64,000 bases of DNA from the human T2T-CHM13v2.0 reference genome, Homo sapiens (GCF_009914755.1 NC_060930.1); one strand, 5' to 3'. Positions 38,131-51,789 are shown, numbered from the stretch's first letter. Notes: generated by a model not told the origin, from the letters alone. Translations and numbers: made by a program.

Positions 38131-38304
38131 TATCCAAGGTCACAAAGCTGGTGAATGAGAAAGGAAATTTGAAGCCAGATATTTATCACTACAGATTGCG
38201 TTATCACCTGTTTTCAGCTACCATGCAAGCTGATATCTTCCAGGACTCATAAGCAAGCGCCCCTAGTTTGTTCACAAACGCTCATTCTGTGTTGATTTCT
38301 CTAC

Positions 38305-38505
38305 AGCAATGATTCTTCATCCGGGGCAATTTGTCCCCCAGGGGGACATTTGACAATGCCTGGAGGTATTTTTGGTTGGTACAACTTGGGGGTAGGAGGT
38401 GGTGCCAGCATGGAGTGGGTAGAGGCCAGGGATGCTCCTAAACATCCTACAGTGTACAGAGCAGCCCCACGACAAAGAATTGTCTAACCCCAGATGTCAA
38501 CACTT
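38305..38505. mobile_element. MER20 hAT-Charlie element
   Basis: ggggcaatttgtcccccagggggacatttgacaatgcctgga...gtagaggccagggatgctcctaaacatcctaca...acaaagaatt. Confidence 0.85.
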
Positions 38506-39853
38506 CTCTGCAGTAAGTAACAGTCATTTTCTCATATGTACAATGATGGGCGAATTCAAATGAAAGCTGAGGCTCCTTCCAACTCCCTGAGTGTGTATTC
38601 TTTGCTTGGGAGACAGGAGTGCTTCAAAGCAGGCAGTGGCCCTCAGCACACATCACAGGGGTTTCTGTGACACAAAGTCTTTCATTCATTCTACCACAAA
38701 ACCAGGCAAGTCCTGGCAGCATGGGAAGAAAGAAAAACTGCTAGTGAGTGTGGAGTGGAGAAAAACCACTGGTTTGGTTGGACTTTTCACCTCCTAGGAA
38801 CAGTTGCTGTGTTTCCCAGTGCTCCAGCAGCCAGGCAGAGTGGCAATCAATCAAGCAATTCCTGGCAGCGGGCCAGCTGATGGTGATGGGCCCGGCTCTG
38901 CCTGAGTCTGGGTGAGCTCTCCTAGGGCTTCCAAACACTCAAGGCTGGGCACTGAGGCTGCAAGGGTGAGGGGATGACCAGCTTCCCCTTATACACTGCA
39001 CAATGACATTTGTACATGTGTAGATACTCCCTATAATCTGTACTCTCACATGACATCTAAACACAGTACTCCTACTGCACACCCAGAGTACACTTTTCAA
39101 TGCCTGCATATCCACACAGTTCCGGCTCTCTCCCGGTGGCCACATGACCAACCCATCAGACCAGACGGTGCATGAATTATAGAGTGGAGATTCCCTATTC
39201 ACACTATGTTACCAACTTTGGAGGCTGGGTGCACGCACATACACCTTCCATTTCCAAACACCACAGGCTGACTGCACATCATTTATGCTGCAGGAATGCA
39301 ACATCAGACTCACTAAAACAAATTGAGTGCTTACCATGTGCCACATGCTGTAAGTACTTCTATACATCTTCTCTTTGAGTCATTCTATCTTCATTTGGGT
39401 TCCTTGGAAAGCAAACCTTGAAACAAAAATTCGGGAGCAAGTAGTTTAGTTGGGAGGTGATGCAGGAATTACTATGAGGGAATGGGGAGCAAGGTAGTGA
39501 GGGAAGAAAAGCTCATAAAGGGTATGTAAATGTAGAAGTCACTGCTCTGGGAAACTGGTTCGAGCCTCAGGGAGACCATATGAAACACTGCTCAGGTTTG
39601 CCCCCTCATCAGAGGAGAAAAAGCTTTGGTCCCTCACTGCCTGGTTGGCTAGAGGAATGTAGACAGAACACTCACAGCCTCTGCCACACCTCCCAATACC
39701 ACTAAGGAAAGTATTAGATAACTCTACTTTAGATTAGGCATCAGGGGTTAGAAGAGGTTAAGCTAACTTGTCCAAGGCAACATGGCTAATGAAGTATGGA
39801 ACCAGGATTCAAACTTGGGTCTGGCTAACTGCAGAGCCCACATTCATACTCAG

Positions 39854-40341
39854 TGTGTTAGCTTCCTCGAGCTGCAAAAAAAATAAAAAAAAATAAAAAA
39901 TAAAAGAGTACCACAAAGTACCACACACAGGATGATTTTACACAACAGAAATGTGTTGTCTCACAGTACTAGAGGCATGAAATTCAAGACCAAAGTGTCA
40001 CTAGGGTTGGTTCCTTCTGAGGGCTGTGAGAATCTGTTCCATGCCTCTCCCCTAGTTTTCTGCGGTTTGCTGCCAATCTTTAGTATTTCTTGGCTTGTAG
40101 AAGCATCAACCCAGCTCTGCCTTCATCTTCACATGATACTCTCTCTGTGTTCACTTCCATGTCTAAATGTCCCCTTTTTATAAAGACGCCAACCATACTG
40201 AATCAGTGCCAATCCTAAGGACCTCATCTTAACCAACTACACCTGCAATGACCTTATTTCCAAGTAAGACTGCATCCAGAGGTACCAGGAGTTAGGACTT
40301 CAACACAGAACTTCTGAGGAGACACAATTCAATCTGTAACA
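39854..40341 (-). mobile_element. MLT1 solo LTR
   Basis: tctcacagtactagaggc...ggttggttccttctgagggctgtga...gacacaattcaatctgtaaca. Confidence 0.85.
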
Positions 40342-40689
40342 CCCTCCATGCCTGTCATCACTCCTCCATACCCTATAGGCCCTTGTTCTGCAAGTCCATT
40401 TTTATCCTTTGAGCTTGTCCACTGCACGCTGGACAAAGACCCCTGTAGCTTGTGTCCCTCGCTTTTAATGGCCCTAGCCTTCAGGCGATGGCATGACTAG
40501 ATCGTGGCCAGAGGGCAGAGGACTGAATGAGATGGACAAAGTCTGGGAGAAGGCCTCAGTGAGGGAGCTTGGGCCTGAGGTCCACCTCACTGTCACCTTA
40601 ATCACTGAGATTCAATCACCAAATACAATAAAGAAAAGTATTACAGAAATAAAACACTGCCAAAAATCTTTCTCAAATTATAAGTCCGT

Positions 40690-40915
40690 GCAATGAGCAG
40701 TCTGGGTTTATAAAGAACAAATTATGCCAGACAACACTTGATTGTGCCTTTGAGGGAACTAAGAAATTAAGAGATGGGAAGGATGGAAAGGATGCAATAC
40801 ATCTTGATTTTAATACAGCAGTTGATACACTGTCTTGTGGAATTGTCCCTACAAAATTAATTCAAACTGGCCTGGTGAGGAGAACTGTCCCTGGGGTTAA
40901 AAACCAGGGAAAAGA
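40690..40915 (+). mobile_element. Ancient CR1/L3 LINE reverse-transcriptase fragment
   Basis: Translates to QSGFIKNKLCQT and DAIHLDFNTAVDTL...KLIQTGL, resembling CR1 RT QHGF..CxTNL / DVIYLDFSKAFDTV. Confidence 0.7.
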
Positions 40916-41419
40916 TAAACAAACAAATAATGATTAGAGGAGAAACCAAAGCCCATAGCCCTAAGGTAGGGAAAGGAAGGAGGGTGACTTGAGAGAGGGG
41001 AAGGCAGATTTTGAAATGTGCAGAGGTGCGGAATACGCCTGGGTGTTTGGGGAGCTGGAGAGGGGATGGCCCAGAGAAGGGGGTTGACCAGGAGCCTGAC
41101 AGACAGTGGGATTCACCAGCGGCTCTACGACAGGTGGGTCACATCACCAACCCAAAGAGACTAGGAAACTGAAGGCTGCGCCCTGGAGAAACCCACAACC
41201 TGAATGGAGGAAACCTACTAAAGGCAAGAACAGTTGACTTCAGGCGCAGAGTCAGGTGCTAGGTTTTGCTTTCTTCAAATGTATGACATTTGAAGTGAAG
41301 TAGCCCGTTCTTCGGAATCCTAGAATCCTGGCTTGGGCTCAGAATGTTAGAGTTGGCAGGAACCTTAGTGAAGGGGTCCTCTCTGTGCAGACAAGGAGAC
41401 TCAGAGCCACAAAATGAGA

Positions 41420-41575
41420 AGTATGTCTGGGGAGCTTGTCAGAAATGCAGATTCATGGGCTCAGAACTCAGAGGTTCTGATTGTCATGGAGTTTGGATAA
41501 GGCCCAGGAACCATCGTTTGTAACAGATCAATTAGAGATAATTCTGGTATGTGGATCACATTGAGAAACACTGGC
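41420..41575. mobile_element. MER5-like hAT element remnant
   Basis: ggggagcttgtcagaaatgcagattc...ggcccaggaa...cacattgagaaacactg. Confidence 0.7.
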
Positions 41576-41650
41576 CCAGGAACCATCGTTTGTAACAGAT
41601 CAATTAGAGATAATTCTGGTATGTGGATCACATTGAGAAACACTGGCCCA
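41501..41650. repeat. Perfect 72-bp tandem duplication with GGCCCA microhomology
   Basis: 41501-41572 identical to 41573-41644, followed by a third GGCCCA. Confidence 0.97.
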
Positions 41651-41859
41651 TTGTTACACCCTGGTCCTGCCCTTCTATTCTCTTTGTTTTTCTTCCTTCT
41701 TTCTTTCCTTCCTTCCAAAGTGTTTTTCTCATGTGCCTACTGTATGGAAGGCATTGCTCTAGGTTCTAGAGATGCAGAGATAAAAGGTGACTTCCATCTT
41801 TGAGAAGTGGACAGTGAGACTACCCAGTGGAATCATTTATAGAAGCATGAGGAGCTGAG

Positions 41860-42251
41860 GTCATGTTAAAGGACTCTATAAAGACACCATCAGCAAAATT
41901 CAGACAGCGGGAAACTACAGGGCAAACACCGGACTTCCTCAGTAAATACACTACAACGGGCAAAAGTAAGAGGGAGGGAAGATCTATAGATTAAAGGGGA
42001 CTTAAGGGACATATCAATCAATCATCATGTAAGACCTTATGTGGATCCTGATTTAAACAAATGCTGTTAGAAAGAACTATTATAAGGCAATCAAAAAAAC
42101 TGGAACATTTGTGGATATTTGATTATTTTAACTAATTATAAGGTATGTTGAGATAGTATTGTGGTTTTTTTAAGTTCCTTATCTATTAGATATAGAAACT
42201 AAAATGTTTATGGATGAAATAATATGATGTTTAGAATTGGCTTTAAACTCG

Positions 42252-42299
<48 letters not shown>

Positions 42300-42445
42300 T
42301 CAGCAGGGGGGTGTCTAGATCAAGCAAGATTGTAAGATTGTCTATGAGTTACTGATTGTTGAAGCCAATTATGGGGAGTTCATTATACTATGAGGAGTTT
42401 ATTACTATTCTCTCTGTTTTGCATATGTTTGGAATTTTTATAACA
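41860..42445 (+). mobile_element. Old L1M (MC/ME-like) 3'UTR fragment containing (TG)n at 42255-42295
   Basis: tagattaaaggggacttaagggacatatcaa...tggatcctgatt...ggagttcattatacta. Confidence 0.7.
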
Positions 42446-44823
42446 GAAAGAAGAAGGATAGAGAGAGGAAGAGAGAGAGAGAGAAGGGAGGTAGGGAATC
42501 CTGGCGACAAGTGGTGGATGGAATCGTAGACTGATGAGCACACAGGATGAGCTAGGAAGAGTCTCCATTCTGGCAAGAAGGTTCAGCTCAGAAAAGGAAT
42601 CGGCATTAACCAGGCCAAGATGCGAGGCAGAAGTATGGAGGAGGCCCGTGTAGATGCAGAGAGAATGTGCCGGCTGTAGCTGTGGAAACCACTGGGGAAG
42701 AGCAAGGACCTGACCCCCAGTGCTGAGTGGGTTGGGTGCAGGAGCTCAGGGGATTCTGGTAGGTGAGGGGAGTAACCAAGGGATTTCAAACAAAAAAGAC
42801 ATAGAAAGATACACATTTCATTAGCTCACCTGGGCTTCTCTGTAGTTTGGACCTGGATAGGGAGACCAGTGGAGGGAAAACAAGTTATACCAAGGGGGTG
42901 TGGATAGAAGGGGACACTGGAGATGTTTAGGAAGTAGACTGTACAGGATGTAGTGTTTGGAGAGTCTCCTGTGCTTTTTGTTGGATGTCTAAAGGGATGG
43001 TGATATCATCTCTCAGCCAAGGCAGGGAACACAGGTGAACGACCTGGTGGGGTAAGAGGTGACAGATTCATCTGGACACCTCGGATTTGTGGGAAAGCCA
43101 GGGAGAGATGTTTCACATGCTTTTGGATGTATAGAATTGCAGCTCAGAGGAGAGATCTAAACCAGGGAATGTAAAACATAGCCTTGAGGAGAGGGAGAAG
43201 AGGAGAGGAGGGCCTGAGTCAGCGTCTCGGAGCAACACTGGTATCTCAGCTGATGGTAGGGGGAGCCTGCACCTGGTCCCAGTCTCCCAATCCATTCTCT
43301 GCCAGCTCCTCTCTTACAACTTTTGCACTTAAGTTTTGGGGTCCACTAGTGTCTGGGGTCTCCTGAGTCAGGCTGACTGGTGGTGGCAGCTGCTTTCTGT
43401 TGGTCCCCTCACTGACCATTCCTGCCAGGTGATTCTTGTACCTGCCTGTGAACCAACACTTGCTCAGGAAGCTGAAGGATGCCTCCATCACCAAAGCCCT
43501 TTTTCATCACAGTCAGCCCAGCCATACTTGCCTGCATATTATTTCTCTGCTGCTTGCTTCACTTGGGCAGAATGGGGTGGTAGTAACACACCTGTGCTCT
43601 AGAGGCCACTGGACCTGGGGATAAGTCCCAGCTCAGCCATCAGGTAGTGCATAGATTCCGTCGTGTTATTTTACCTCTCAAAGTCTGTTTCCTCATCTGC
43701 AAAAAAAGGAATGAATGAGACTTGTACTAGCCTCTTAAATGCAATATGCACAAATAGCACTTCGCTGTATGCTATATAAATGTTGGTTTTGTTATTCTCC
43801 TCGTTCTTACAGACCTGCCTGTCTGGACAGTTGAGCAGGCCCTGCTCTGCCCCTGTGGCTCCTGCAGACAGCATTGGTTCCTCTCTTCCTGGGTTACAAG
43901 CGCCTGCCTGGCCCTCCGCTTGGATACTGATGTTCTCCTAGCTCTTGGCTGTCTCTCTGGCGTCTCACCAGCTGGGCTTCTCTGCCTAATTCTGAATGTT
44001 GGTGTCTCTGTAGCTCCTTGCTCTGAACCAACAATCTTCTGAGAATTGCAGCCCAGCAGGCGTCTCCAGTTATTCTTTTCAAAACATTAACTGTACACAT
44101 CTATGTTTGTGATACTAATTCCTCTAACTTTTAACTACTAAAGTGATGGAGAAACAAATAAAAGAAGACTTTGCACAGATAGTGCCCCCGACCCCACGTG
44201 AACATAGCTGTCATTCCAACTACGGATTGGGGTGGCCCAGGGGACAGGGCTGCTTGGTAAGGCCTGGATGTGGCAAGCAAAGCCACATCTTCCATTCTCT
44301 CTGCACAAATAAGACAAGAAAACTCATTTGTGCTCATGGGAGCCAGCCCCCTCCTCCATGATACCCCAGACATTATCCAGATGGCCAGTTTCCAGAGCAT
44401 TTATTAAACAACCATTTACGGACAGCCCACCATGAGGCAGCCACTGAGTGCTGAAATTGAATTTATTTTCTGGATTAAGTCTCAGGAAAGATTGGAAAGC
44501 CTTGTCAGTGAGGCCTCGAGGTAGAATTGCTATGCCTTTGCAGAATAAAATGTGTGCTGTTTTGTGTACTGCTATTTATTGTTCCTCTTGCTTCCTTGGA
44601 GGGAAAAATAAGATCTCAGTCCTGTGGGGTGCCGCCAAGCAAGGCAGCTGCAAGGGTTTAGAGATCAGCTTGAAGGGGCAAGAGTTACCTCTTTTTTCTG
44701 AGGCCATCTTAATTCACTGCCGTGGTTCATTTAAAGTCGTATTTTAGGGGAAAGGAGAGAGGGTGTTTTTCTGTTGTTGTTTTTAAAGATAAAGTAAGGG
44801 ATTGATTAGAAGACTTTTTCTTC

Positions 44824-45259
44824 TGTAGTAGAATCTACAGATCAGCCCCTAGTACGCATGCTCCCTTCTTTTTGCCAACAGAACCCAGATTTCAGCTCTG
44901 GCCTCTCATCTAGCATGAGTTTCCCAGGCCCCCCGGCAGCTGGCTATGGGGCCAAGTTCTTTCCCAGGGGATTTAAGGATAAATTATGTCCTGAACTTAT
45001 GGGTCTTACCCCTCTAATGTTTCAGTGTTGACACCTCTATATCACCCAGACACAGTGCCAGGAACCTGCAGGGACTATGAAGACAAGGGCAATGATCTAG
45101 AGAAGCAGTCTGTGACCCTTGATGACCTTATGAGCTGGGCCACCGGCCCACCATGAACCAGCTGCCTCTCTCTGGATGGCCACATAAGAGAAAAGTTAAC
45201 CCACTGAATTTTGAATGTTTCTTTGTTACAGCAGCTTAGCCTCTACCCTAACTAATACA
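44824..45259 (+). mobile_element. Old MLT1 (H/I/J-like) solo LTR
   Basis: tgtagtaga...aacagaacccagattt...ttgttacagcagcttagcc...ctaactaataca. Confidence 0.7.
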
Positions 45260-46424
45260 TTCTTTACTACAGTAAAATTGTTAAAGTCCTAAATTCTTTA
45301 AGTGTCTTTGTTACAAATTATCAGCCTTCCCCTTCCCTTCACCCCCAAACTCACCACTCTGTAAGTCTCCTCTGCTCTGGGCAGCACACTCGAGAATCCT
45401 GTTACAGCTACTTGCAAAGTTTTTGCTCTTTTACATCCTGGCTGCTAGAGAAGCTTTATTTCCCTGCAACACCTTAAAATGTACATGTAAAACAGTAAAT
45501 GGCTTACTACTGAAAACACAGCTTACCCTTGAGAAGTTCCATTTTTTCATGCCTTGATCTCTCTAGGTCGAAGAGTATGTCTTGGTTATAGAAATTCACG
45601 TCAGAGCAGCGAAGTGGCTTCTGTTTAAAGCAGAATGTTTTCAGGAGTGACGTGTCAACCTGGAGGATCTTGGGATCCACTCTTGCCCTTCCTGGCCCCA
45701 CCTGCAGCTGTTCTGGTTACACCTTCAGGGGTGTGAGAGGATTGTTACTTGATGAGAAGCACCCCACCAAGATGAGAGGTGGGGGGATTGCATAAAGACA
45801 TATTTCCTTTCACGTTAAAAGAGAGAAAATAAAAGAGCAAGGGAAATCACAGTAATATAATTTTTTAAAATCCTTGTTAGGCAGCACTTCAGGCAGGAGA
45901 AAGGTGTTGAGAAATCAAGTAAACAATGACAGCACACCAGGACTCCCAAAAGGCTAGGTGTTGCTTGTGGAAGCCGCCTGAGAAACAGAAAGGACACACT
46001 CAGGATAAAAATGAAATAAAAAGTGGATCATGGTGGTGAGAAGAAAGGAAATTCCACCTCTGATCCGCATCTCACAAATGCATAAACTGCTTTATTGTTT
46101 TGCTGAGAAGCTCACAAAATGCATAAACCACTTTACTGAAACAAAGACTAATACCCTTGATGGCTCCTGCCACCTCTGCCAGCCCTGCTCAGAGGGATGA
46201 GAACCTTCCATCTGCCCTTGGCCCATCCAGACCCTCAACCAGTTTGGGTCAAGATAGCCTGCAAAGTTCTGGGCTCCCAACTGGCCAGCCAGTGGAGTCT
46301 GGAAGCAATTCTGCAGCCGTGACATCTAATGCATATGGGGTGAGTCTCACATACACCCATGTCCACTGAGCAGCAGCTTCCCCCATGACCCTCGCCAATC
46401 TGGCAAGTAGAAAAACAATGGCTC

Positions 46425-46570
46425 TGGGCACGGGTTCAAATCCCAGCTCTGCTACTTCCCAGTTGAATGATCTTGGACAAATTACCTAACGGTTCTCTGT
46501 CTGTTTTCTCCCGTCAATTCACAAGGCTATGTTAAGGATTAAAGAGATGGTAGATATTAAATACTTGCCC
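46425..46570 (+). mobile_element. MIR SINE
   Basis: gggttcaaatcccagctctgctacttcc...atcttggacaaattacctaac. Confidence 0.75.
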
Positions 46571-49500
46571 CTGTCTGTGAAATTTCTTTCCTTCTTTTGT
46601 GGTCTTTGAGTTCATAAGGCATCTGCCCTGCCCTGAGGCCTGGGTCCTTTACCCCCCCAACCCCATTTTCCCGATAGCTCACTTTGCTCCTGTTCCAGAT
46701 ATCCCTTCAAGACTTGGTCCCTGCATCCACCCCAGACCTCTGTGAAGGCTGCCTCCCCTCTTCCCCCACAGACATCCCTGTTATGGTCAGCCTTACAGCT
46801 AAGGACACAGGCCATCAGCCCCATCCCATCTCCACAGAGGCTGTGATGCCACCCTTGCCTCACTGAGGCCCAGAGGGGCTTGTGCTGAGCAGGGTGAGCT
46901 GAGGAAGGTGCCCAGGCCTCCCCGCTACATGTCAGGGTCCCAGACCTGTTAGCCAGCTTCCAATCCTGCCTTTGCTGCTCTCAGCTGTGAGGCCCTGAAG
47001 CCCCTCCCTGCTCTGGACTGCTCCTTACGTGAGATCAATGCACATGCTGAATGTTTGAGCCAGCTTGATGGAGGGGCTCAGATCCCCACTCCTAGAAGAG
47101 CTACATTTGAAGTTCCCATTACTTCAGCGAGACACGAGTTTCTCTTATGCTGTGCTGTGACTCTTGGTTTTCTTTCAGTGGGGTTCACTCTGGGGTTCCT
47201 TCTTGGTTTCTGGTGGCCCTTGCTCCCCTCCTCAGCCTCTGCTGTTGCGTGACTCATTGCGCCCACCTTCTTCTCCATGATGTCCCCCATTGAGGCTAGG
47301 ACAATCGTGGCTCGTCAGAGCGATGGCAATGGTCTTAAAGCAGAATCAGGAGACAACGAGTGCTTCTTCCACTCTGGATGAGACTGAGGACTCATTCCCA
47401 TTTGAATGAGGTGTCACTCAGATGAAGCACCATCCCTGCCTTAGTGGGGGAAGCATGCAGTGGAGAGGGGGACACTAAAGGACATCCTGCTAATTGCTGC
47501 TGTCAGGTATTCCCAGGAGGAACAAGAGCAGGCTTCAAGGGGCAGGGTGGAGCCACCCCCTGGCCTGTCTGCACAAGTGTCCCAGCTCCCCACGTCCTGG
47601 CCACTTCCTCCCACTGAGATGTGCTTCATGCTAAGACCTTTCTCAAGTCTGTCAGTCAATAATGAGTGAGCACCTACTATGTGCTAGGCACTGTGCCCTT
47701 TGCTCCCCTCAGAAGCCCCACAGGTGTCCACAGACCTTGGTGAAAACCTGCCAACCAGGTGATGATCACAATCTTCTTGCTGCTTCTGGTTTCATGCAGA
47801 ACTCAATAACTTGCATTCCCAGAGTATTCCAAATGCGTAGTACAAAACGGCTGATCTTGGCCAACATTTTGAGGGGTTATGGAAAACGAAATTGAGACCT
47901 GGGAGCTGAAGCAACAGTGCCACGATCCCAGCCCTGGGCTCTTCACTCATTCTGTCTCTGCCTGACATGCTGGCACCAGCTGAGAGGAGCTCCATGTCTC
48001 TCCAATTCTGTGCCACACAGGATGTCCCAACATCCCATCTGGTTCCTATCTGACTGTTCAGGATCTGGGAGGCAAGTCACTTTGCAGGAAGTCAAGGCTG
48101 TGAGCAAGGATGTGGAGGGAAAAGCCGAGGTGCCAGCTGGGAGCTGAGACCAGACCTTCGCCTCGGAGAGCAACTATCTGGGACAACGCAGGCTCCAATG
48201 TCAGTCTAATTACAGGCCTGTCATTATTCATTAGTCCTGTGGAGCGGCTGGTAGGGTGGAAATGAAAGAAGCGTGAAGGGAAGCTGGGAAAGCGGGTATG
48301 ACCTCAGCCAGGAGGGCCCTGGGGAGAGCAGGGGTGCCAGCCACGCTGACCCAGGCACCCCATACCTCTCATTCCCCACCTCTCTCCATGACCTCCACTC
48401 CCCCTCAGCACCCAGAGAGTAGCCAGGCAACATCTTGGTGCACAAGTCCTCTGTTCCTCTCCAAACTTGTGCTCCTGGGTCCTGAGGTCTCTTTCCCCAA
48501 CCCCCTTTAATTAGGGCAGTTCATTCCTTCACAAATATTCCTTCAATCCCTACTACTTGCCTGCCATTTTTCTAGGCCCTGGGATATAATGGTGTTGGGG
48601 TCTGATTTTAAGTGGGGAAGGCTGAGGAAGTGACATTTGAGCAGGGCCCTAATGTTCGGGAGGGGGAGACTAGACCAACAGAAGTGCAGGTGCAAAGGGC
48701 ATAGGGCAGGCTGCGATGCACTTAATCTGTGAAGGGAAGCCCAGGGATGGGGCAGAATGAGCTAGGAAAGAATGGGAGGGAAGCAAGTCAGATCACACAC
48801 AGCCGGCAGAAGGTGAGGTACAAGGGTAAGAACAGGGAGACGGACCACAAGCCGGTGCAATAGTCCCGGTGTGCGATGGTTTTGACTTAGACTGGGTTGG
48901 TGAGGAGCGATCTTTCTTAGAGTTTATATTTCAGATACTCTGAACTCAGCTCTCACCACCTCCCTTAGCAATGGCTCCCCACCCCTAAAGCGACGCTGGA
49001 CCCATCATTTCACGTGCCCTCATTCCAAACGTCTTCCTCATGTGGCTGAGGCTCACACACATGCAACTAGCCACCATCATCAAGGCTGCCAGGCCATCCT
49101 CAGGATGGGGGTCCAGCCCTGCAGTGAGGCTGTCTGCCCCTCCTTCCCACTTCTTCACATATTTAACTCAAATGACGCTTACAGAAAGCAACCCGAGACT
49201 GTGTCAGCACAGGGCTACCGTTACAGAAGAAGACATCGCAGTTTACCTGTGACAATGAAGAGTAGGTGAACTCTGTGGCATTTAACTAGATGGTTGTATT
49301 AAACAGATCATATCACTTTTTTCCAATTATTTAGACTTTTTAAGCAGTGAGCAGGAACTGGATGGTGGCAGAATTCCTGAGGTGCCCACAGGCAGCCTCG
49401 CTTCTGGTTATAGATGAACTAGGAAGCCCAACTGGAGGACTTAGATCCTTTGTGTGTGTGCCGGGCCCACCAGCCAGATGCCAGGCTCCTGAGCTCCCGC

Positions 49501-51789
49501 CACGCCCTTCATCTCTGTGTCCTCAGCGCCTGCCATAGGCAATGCTCTCACAGTGCCTGCCGAACCAATGGAGGAATAAATGGAGAGATGACATGAGTGC
49601 TGCTTTGTGACCCCACCCCAGAACAGTGCCAGGAACACAGGAGAAAGTGAATTGAGGATGGTCAAGATGATTACATTTCACCCATCCTAGTCCCACCCGT
49701 TTCAAGGGTCTCCTCTCTGCTTCCTAAGGTGAGAGCCAACCAACCAATCAGGGAAGGGAAGGAGGCTTAGGTGTCAGGGGCTGAGAAAATGTCACCATTA
49801 CCCTTTTAAGGCAACAGACTACCATGCTTCAACAGGTCCATTATGCGGAGGCAAGCTTTGCTGGGCCGGGCATAGTTTGGACAGTTTTCAAATCATAGGG
49901 TGACTGCCTGCCTGGATTGAGCACAGATCTGGCCCTCCTGCAGGATTCCCAGCCCTTGGGCAAGGAGAACGATGGGAAGCAGGCCTTTGGGGGCTTCTCT
50001 GTTCCAATAACGATGCAACAGTAACTACTAACATCCAACTGGCCCTCTCGGGCATAAGACGCTGTCATATACGTTCTTTCTTTTGCCTCTCATTGCACCC
50101 CGGAGGGAGACAGACAGTGTGGATTGCCCCAAAGGTCCTGCAAGAAGTAAGAGCCAAGACCAGGTTTGAGCTCTGGTTTTCTGAATCCACATTCTCAGCT
50201 TCCTTCCCCACTCCACTGAGCTCCCCAGTAACAGTGTGGAGTTCAGAGCAGGAGGAACCGTCAGTGATCATTGATTGTGAGCTCATGATTGCACAGTGGG
50301 GGCCCAGGAGGGAATGGGGCCTCCTGCACCTACACCCACCCTTCACACACCAGGCCACCTATGCCTATTTTCCCAGGGGTTTTTGGTCTCTTGAGATTCT
50401 GTCCTGCTATCACCATTTTACTTTCTAGACTGTGTTTCCTCTTCACCTCTAAGACAGCTGAGGCGGTTTACAGCTGTTTACTAGCAGTCAGATAGAGGAG
50501 GAACTTAAGTGGAATATAAACTATTGAATTAAATTATCCTCTTCAAATGCCACCTGGTACTCACTCTACCTGAGAATTTCAATCAATGCTGGTAACTTCC
50601 TGCTCTCTAATGGAATGCACCAGACAAGTTTTTTTGCCTGCCATTTGAGCTGGGCTGCTGCTATGGCAGATGCTGTTACAGGGGACAGAGATGTTCGTGT
50701 AGACCGGCATGACAATGCGTCACCTGAAAGCATAGCTTTCTTGAGCTCCCAGCAGTGCCATTAGCAGGTTGGGAAATGGCTTCACTCCTCAAGCCTGGGT
50801 GTTAGAGGCAACCACAGGTGGGTCAGTGAGGCCCTCCAGGAGATGGGGGGTGGAGTTCTGTACTTCAGGACACCTTTTAAAGACTCAAGGAAACAGTGGT
50901 GTGGGAGAGGAAGAGTAGTGGGGAAGGAAGACAGATTCCCTCCTAGCACCAAAAAATATGGGTAAAGCTCATAACCATACATACAACACCCACTAATTAC
51001 AAGTCAAAGGGATGGAACGTTGTGCCCTCCGTATTTATAAAACAGAATGTCCCTGGGCTGGGAGTTCCTGGGTTCAAGTCCTGGTTCCAACATTTATTAG
51101 CCATGCTGTCAGAAGCAGGTCTCTTCTCTGAGGCTCCATTTCCCTTTTCTGTAAAATAGCTTCCCTGCCTACATTATGGGGAATGCAAAAGCGTTTTTGA
51201 CAACTTCCAAGTGCTGTACAATTGTGAGTTACGATATATTGGGCGGTGGGAGGGGCCCTTTGAGAGATATCCCTCCGGACCCCCACAGACCTCTTAATCG
51301 GCCTTTGGGTCAGGTGAAGCGGGGCCAAGGCCATTTGTATCTTGGAAGGAGGGCTCCTCTGGGACGGCCATCCTGGAAGTGACCTCTGGGAGGCAGCAGA
51401 GGAGGTGCTACGGAGCCGCCACAACTGGCGTTCACAGTCCCGGGATCCTCAGGGGACAGGGAAGGGGAAGGAAGCATTGAGACTGAGTTACTGGCACTGT
51501 TTCATAGATAGGGAAGTCAATGTGGGAGTTCCACAGGGCCTGCTGGGCCCGCGGTTGTGGGTCACCACCACAAAGCTGTGCCCTGATGCCATTCCTTCCC
51601 CAGGGCTTGGGCCTCTTCCTTTCTGCCCTGACCCTGGAAACATGATCCTTCCAAGTTCACTCATCAGCAAAATTTTCCATCCTCAGAACGGGTTTTCCGG
51701 ACAGGACAAAATATGCTTTTAAGACCTTCTTCTCAAGGGCAATAGAAACTTCCTTACTTACGGCACAAGGAAAAACGAGGCAAAAATAA

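Noticed and set aside
39124-39144. Additional CTCF-like motifs (also ~1658, ~29590, ~50548)
   Set aside because: Each misses key core positions; expected by chance in 64 kb
41501-41650. CRISPR-like or minisatellite array
   Set aside because: Only two adjacent units with no spacers, in eukaryotic DNA; a simple tandem duplication
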